Assembly: GCA_048938445.1 (NCBI GenBank)
Contig: JBHLME010000052.1
Span: 1 to 25,911, forward strand
Direction of reading: 5' to 3'
DNA: 25,911 nt
From: Promethearchaeota archaeon
GTDB taxonomy: Archaea > Asgardarchaeota > Lokiarchaeia > Sigyniarchaeales > SOKP01
In this document: positions 21,633 through 25,911 of the stretch, piece by piece
Layout: the number at the start of each line of letters is the position of its first letter
Numbering within the stretch: position 1 is the stretch's first letter
Notes under the pieces: generated by a model
Told to the model about the DNA's origin: nothing
What the model saw: only the letters and a program-made list of their open reading frames with translations
Databases searched by the model: none
Translations under genes and position numbers: made by a program

Positions 21633-22995
21633 CTTTTGCTCCACAATTAGGACAAGTCATCCCCGAAACTGTGCTCCCACATATTTTACATAATTTAATA
21701 GACTTTCTTTTTTTTGGAGGATTTAAACTAGTAATTGATTTTTTTACATCGAGATCTTTTGTGTCAATAACTTTCATTGGAGCAATCCCTTCTTTTTGAA
21801 CGGTAGCATTTGTTTTAACCTCCACTTCTGCTCCAAAAAATCCTCCAACTCTAACCTTTTTCGTTTTAACAGGTTGATCTATTGCAGAAATTTCTTCAGT
21901 CATTTTTTCAGAGACAATTTCTTCTTCAACAATGGAATCCCGGGGTATTTCTTCTTCAGTAAGTTCTTCTTGTGATATGTCTGGTATGGATGTATCTTCT
22001 ACTAATTCTTCTCGAATATTTTCTAAAACGACAGATTCTTCTTCGACTTCTTCAATAGTATAATACCCTTCTTCCCCTCTATCTTCGCTTATTACCATTT
22101 CAACAAATTCCTCGTCAATTTTTAATAAAGTTGAACATTGTGGGCATCGGAATATATGACTGAAACCAATATTATTAGATGACGCATATTTTGTAGCACA
22201 GCATCCATGAAATTTGGTATTGCAATTAAAACACTTGTTAATTTCATCTGAATAAGCTTGACAGATTGGACATTTTTCTTGATTGCAAATAGAACATAGT
22301 TCTTCATCATCAGAATCAAGAGATATTAGATCCACTGCCAAATGGTCAAAAAATAATTTATCAGTTTCTAAAACTTCATCTTCTTCTTTTATGACTTTAA
22401 AATCTTCCTTATTTTGTATTAATGAACCTAACACGCTAAAAAAATGCTTATCATCTTGGCAATAAAAAACACCACCTTGAGTTTCAGAAGCTATAATCTT
22501 TAATTTTACTGTATCTGGATAATCTGTATCTTTTCCTATTCGAATAATATCAATAAACGTAGAAAATTTTTTAGCTTTTAAGATGAGCCCATAAACAGCA
22601 TTATAATAATCTTCAGGAAGTTCACTTGGTTTATCGGAAATAATTACTATTCGATACGATTTTTTAGCTGCTCGACTTTTCCAAAAAATGTATGAAAATA
22701 TCTCAAACAATCCATTTTCCAAATAACTTTTTTGCTGTTCCCGTGAATCCCAAGATTTTTCTATTATCTCAATGATAGAACTACTATTTTCTTTACCGTA
22801 AATATTTATAGGATTCTCATGAGCTTGAAAAATAACTATTCCATAAAGATTGGATCCATATTGGCTATTTTTATTTTTATCTTCAATAAAATCCCTTATA
22901 CCTTTTAAAACTTGCTTTTTCTTAAGAAAGTTACTTACTAAATCAATATAAAAGATAATTTCTTCTGAACTTTGTAAACTATTTAAACCTGACAT
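21625..22995 (-). CDS. VWA-like domain + RING/PHD-like Cys/His cluster + acidic linker + zinc ribbon (paralogue 2)
   Basis: IIFYIDL..YGIVIF..SYLENGL..RIVIISD..IDIIRIG..LKIIASETQGGVFY, then CSIC-CPIC-CFNC-FHGCC-CPQC, VRVGGFFG and CKICG..CPNCG. Confidence 0.8.
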   Translation of the reverse strand: MSGLNSLQSSEEIIFYIDLVSNFLKKKQVLKGIRDFIEDKNKNSQYGSNLYGIVIFQAHENPINIYGKENSSSIIEIIEKSWDSREQQKSYLENGLFEIFSYIFWKSRAAKKSYRIVIISDKPSELPEDYYNAVYGLILKAKKFSTFIDIIRIGKDTDYPDTVKLKIIASETQGGVFYCQDDKHFFSVLGSLIQNKEDFKVIKEEDEVLETDKLFFDHLAVDLISLDSDDEELCSICNQEKCPICQAYSDEINKCFNCNTKFHGCCATKYASSNNIGFSHIFRCPQCSTLLKIDEEFVEMVISEDRGEEGYYTIEEVEEESVVLENIREELVEDTSIPDISQEELTEEEIPRDSIVEEEIVSEKMTEEISAIDQPVKTKKVRVGGFFGAEVEVKTNATVQKEGIAPMKVIDTKDLDVKKSITSLNPPKKRKSIKLCKICGSTVSGMTCPNCGAKVT

Positions 22996-23013
22996 CGTGG
23001 GATTGAAAATATT

Positions 23014-24384
23014 CTAGCAAATTAAATTATTTTTTAAATTTATACAATAAGAAAAATTGTATATATTTAATTTTATTGATATTAAATTAATTATAAATAA
23101 CAAAAGAATTATTTCTTTTTGAATAAGAATTTTTATCTTATTACCACATTCTTTACAAATATTTGATTCTTTTGAGTTGATGGGAGTTCCACATTGAGGA
23201 CAAAACAATATTTTTATGGCTTTTTTCTTAAGGGGCTTATCGACTCTTGTATATACCAATTTTCCTCCGTCTTTTTTTACATTATATATCTTGCCAAAGA
23301 AACCACCTACTCTAATTACTTTTTCATATTCTTCTTTTTGTTCAATATTATATTCAGGAGGTGAATAATCAATGAGTTTACTACCTAGGGAATTGATCAT
23401 TTTTGGTTTACTAACATCTATTTGTTCTGACTTGATAATTCGTTGAGATTTTTCTCTTTTTAAATATGCTTCAATCGAAATCTCTTCAGGTTCATCTGTT
23501 CCAATAATTAAATTTTGGTCAATTTGAAGTAGAACATCACAGGAAGGACATCGAAATATATGGGGAATGCCAATATTGTGAGTTAATGTATGATTTATTG
23601 CACAACAAGTATGAAAACCAACATTACAATCTTCGCATGTAAGCGGTATGTCATTAATATTAGTGCATACAGGGCAGATTTCATCTTTGCAAAAATAACA
23701 TTTTAGATTTTCTTTATTAATTGGAGATTGTAATTTTTTTGCTAAATGATTATAAAAATCATAATCTTCTGTTTTAATTTTAATTTCATCGAGTTTATCT
23801 TGAAATGTACTTACAGGTTGTTTGGTTTTGACCAGCTTTTTAAGAATCGTGTTAAATTCTTTTTTATTATTTACATAAAAGATACCTCCCTTAGTATCGC
23901 TTGCTAAGATATTCAATTTAACATCATCTTTTTGAAGCCGCGTATCTTCTTGCATTATACGTATAATATCTATATATGTAGGAAAATGTTTTATTTTTGA
24001 CACTAAATTGAATAATGCTTCTTGATATTCTCCTGATAGATCACTAGGGGTATCAGTTATAACAATTATTCTATTAAGTTTTGATTTCTTCCTAACGGTT
24101 TCCGCGATATAAGAAAATATATAAAAAAGCCCATTTTCAAAATAACTGGTTTTTTTCGCTCTATTTTTCCAATTTTCTTCAATTGCTTTCGATATAATCT
24201 CTGAATCTTTTTTATCTGTTATGAATATGGGATTTCCTTCTTCTTGAAAAATTAATATTCCATAATGGCCTTTAATATTGATTTTATTTTTTTCAACAAT
24301 ATATTCTTTTATAGATTTGATGATATCTTTTCCTTTAAGATAATCTTTTGTAAGGTCTAAATAAAAAAAAATATCAGAATACAT
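23014..24384 (-). CDS. VWA-like domain + RING/PHD-like Cys/His cluster + zinc ribbon (paralogue 1)
   Basis: Same motif order: IFFYLDL, SYFENGL, RIIVITD, LASDTKGGIFY, CYFC-CPVC-CEDC-FHTCC-CPSC, IRVGGFFG, CPQCG..CKECG. The last 38 codons look non-coding. Confidence 0.8.
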   Translation of the reverse strand: MYSDIFFYLDLTKDYLKGKDIIKSIKEYIVEKNKINIKGHYGILIFQEEGNPIFITDKKDSEIISKAIEENWKNRAKKTSYFENGLFYIFSYIAETVRKKSKLNRIIVITDTPSDLSGEYQEALFNLVSKIKHFPTYIDIIRIMQEDTRLQKDDVKLNILASDTKGGIFYVNNKKEFNTILKKLVKTKQPVSTFQDKLDEIKIKTEDYDFYNHLAKKLQSPINKENLKCYFCKDEICPVCTNINDIPLTCEDCNVGFHTCCAINHTLTHNIGIPHIFRCPSCDVLLQIDQNLIIGTDEPEEISIEAYLKREKSQRIIKSEQIDVSKPKMINSLGSKLIDYSPPEYNIEQKEEYEKVIRVGGFFGKIYNVKKDGGKLVYTRVDKPLKKKAIKILFCPQCGTPINSKESNICKECGNKIKILIQKEIILLLFIINLISIKLNIYNFSYCINLKNNLIC

Positions 24385-24533
24385 ATTTTAAAATTTCATC
24401 TTGATTTGATTATTATTATCCATATAAATGAAATCTTTTAAAATCTTTTACTTCAAAAAATTTTTAAAGAACTTTATAATAAAATTTCATAACGTATCTT
24501 TTACTTAAATCAAAAAAGGAAAGATGAAATATT

Positions 24534-25911
24534 TTGGAAAATTTTTTTAAGCAATTACAGCTTTCTGACAATGCAATCAAATTATATGTTAAATGTATGG
24601 GGGAATCTCCTCGCACTTATGGTGAATTATGTATATTATTACCAGATTTATCACCTGAGCAATGTGAAAAAACCATAGGAGAGTTAATTAGTTTTGGATT
24701 ATTACGACAAATTGAATCCGAAACCCATGATGTATTGACTTATTATCAGACTCAACCACCTATTTCTCAAATTCTTCATCATTATGAGAATATATCTACA
24801 AATCTTAATAAAATGAAAGTAGCTATTCAACATTTAATAAAAAATACTATAAATATTGTTATTAAGGAAAAAAATGAAATTCAATTGGATACAGTATTCA
24901 ATGAGCTAAAGGAAGTAATTGATGATATTAATGAAGATACACTTCTTCAAAAACAGGAAATTGAAGATATTGTATTAGGAATAGAAGGAATTAATATTAT
25001 TAAGGAATTATTTTTAGATTTTAAAAAGATTACAAACGCCACAATTCAAAATGAATTAACTAGATTAATAAAAACCTTACCAACATTTAAAGTAAATATT
25101 ATTGAAAAATTACATTTATTAGAATTAAAGAAAAAAGAAGAACTTGTCATAAATCTTTTAGAGGAGGAATTTAATTCATATTCAGAAAACCTTACAGAAG
25201 ACTTTACTAGTACTTTTTTTAATATAATTGAAGATAATTTTAAATCCACTCAAGGAGCTATTGAAAAATCCATTAACACCATGTTTCAATATCGAAATGA
25301 ATTCAAAATGTTATTATTAGGAATGATCAGCAATTTTGAACAAAATATGAACAAGATTTTTGAAATGATAGGGGAAAACAGGGATAATTTAGAGAGTGGC
25401 TTATCAATACTTGAAAATAATATCATAACTAAAATCAATTCAATTATTTTAAAATCAATTGACCAGGTTTCTGAATTGAATAATCCTATCATAGAAGTCT
25501 TACACCAATATCTTGAACATATTATTAATCAAAAACAGTTGGGAATAGGGAATGTATGGGAAATTAATAGTAAAGTGAAAATTAATGAAGAAATAATTAA
25601 TATTATAAATAATTCTGAAGAAAATTTCACATTAATAATTCCAAAAATCGAAGACTTCTTATCAATCGAAGAAATCCAAAATCTACCTTCTCACCTTAAA
25701 ATTAATATTGCATCATCGGATCCATCAACAAATAGTCGAGTGAAAAAAATTCAAGAACTAAAGAATTTACAATTTAAACAATTACAGAATAAAAATATCG
25801 TTATTTGTCGGAGTGATGATAATTTAATAGTACTTGGAATTATACTTGAAGGTTCAAGCGATCCATTAAATGATTTCATTGGATTGGGGTGTAATTATCC
25901 ACCTTTAATTA
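24534..25911 (+). CDS. TrmB-like N-terminal wHTH + long helical/coiled-coil region + TrmB/PLD-like segment (3' truncated by the window)
   Basis: Manually read from TTG at 24534: (M)ENFFKQLQLSDNAIKLYVKCMGESPRTYGEL..IGELISFGLL..QPP, then an E/K/N/I-rich helical region and NSEENFTLIIPKIE. No stop seen before the window end. Absent from the ORF track. Confidence 0.75.
   Translation, partial: MENFFKQLQLSDNAIKLYVKCMGESPRTYGELCILLPDLSPEQCEKTIGELISFGLLRQIESETHDVLTYYQTQPPISQILHHYENISTNLNKMKVAIQHLIKNTINIVIKEKNEIQLDTVFNELKEVIDDINEDTLLQKQEIEDIVLGIEGINIIKELFLDFKKITNATIQNELTRLIKTLPTFKVNIIEKLHLLELKKKEELVINLLEEEFNSYSENLTEDFTSTFFNIIEDNFKSTQGAIEKSINTMFQYRNEFKMLLLGMISNFEQNMNKIFEMIGENRDNLESGLSILENNIITKINSIILKSIDQVSELNNPIIEVLHQYLEHIINQKQLGIGNVWEINSKVKINEEIINIINNSEENFTLIIPKIEDFLSIEEIQNLPSHLKINIASSDPSTNSRVKKIQELKNLQFKQLQNKNIVICRSDDNLIVLGIILEGSSDPLNDFIGLGCNYPPLI

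Noticed and set aside
25046-25492. Two short minus-strand ORFs
   Set aside because: Antisense shadows of the long plus-strand TrmB-like frame.

Overview
AT-rich archaeal chromosomal window. The gene repertoire (NosD/Ig surface protein, many zinc ribbons, Cdc6/Orc1, XerA, GIFT-domain and TrmB-coiled-coil proteins) suggests an Asgard archaeon, probably Lokiarchaeia; this is an inference. It holds about 24 protein genes, mostly housekeeping or metabolic (hppA, a CoA-transferase pair, trxB, xerA, cdc6, abfD, purA, a PfkB kinase, an EamA transporter), plus an unannotated RNase P RNA gene. The standout signal is in purA. The real start is at 17052, not 17250, and the invariant GDEGKGK motif is split inside the Asp codon by a 30-nt hairpin insert carrying an in-frame TGA. 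The insert boundaries fold into a bulge-helix-bulge-like motif whose predicted cleavage sites exactly restore W-G-D-E-G-K-G-K, making it a candidate tRNA-endonuclease-type pre-mRNA intron. Also notable: a structured region upstream of purA, a tandem pair of VWA + RING/zinc-finger paralogues resembling TFIIH p44/p34, a TrxR lacking NADPH-binding motifs, and an abrupt GC shift inside the surface-protein gene.
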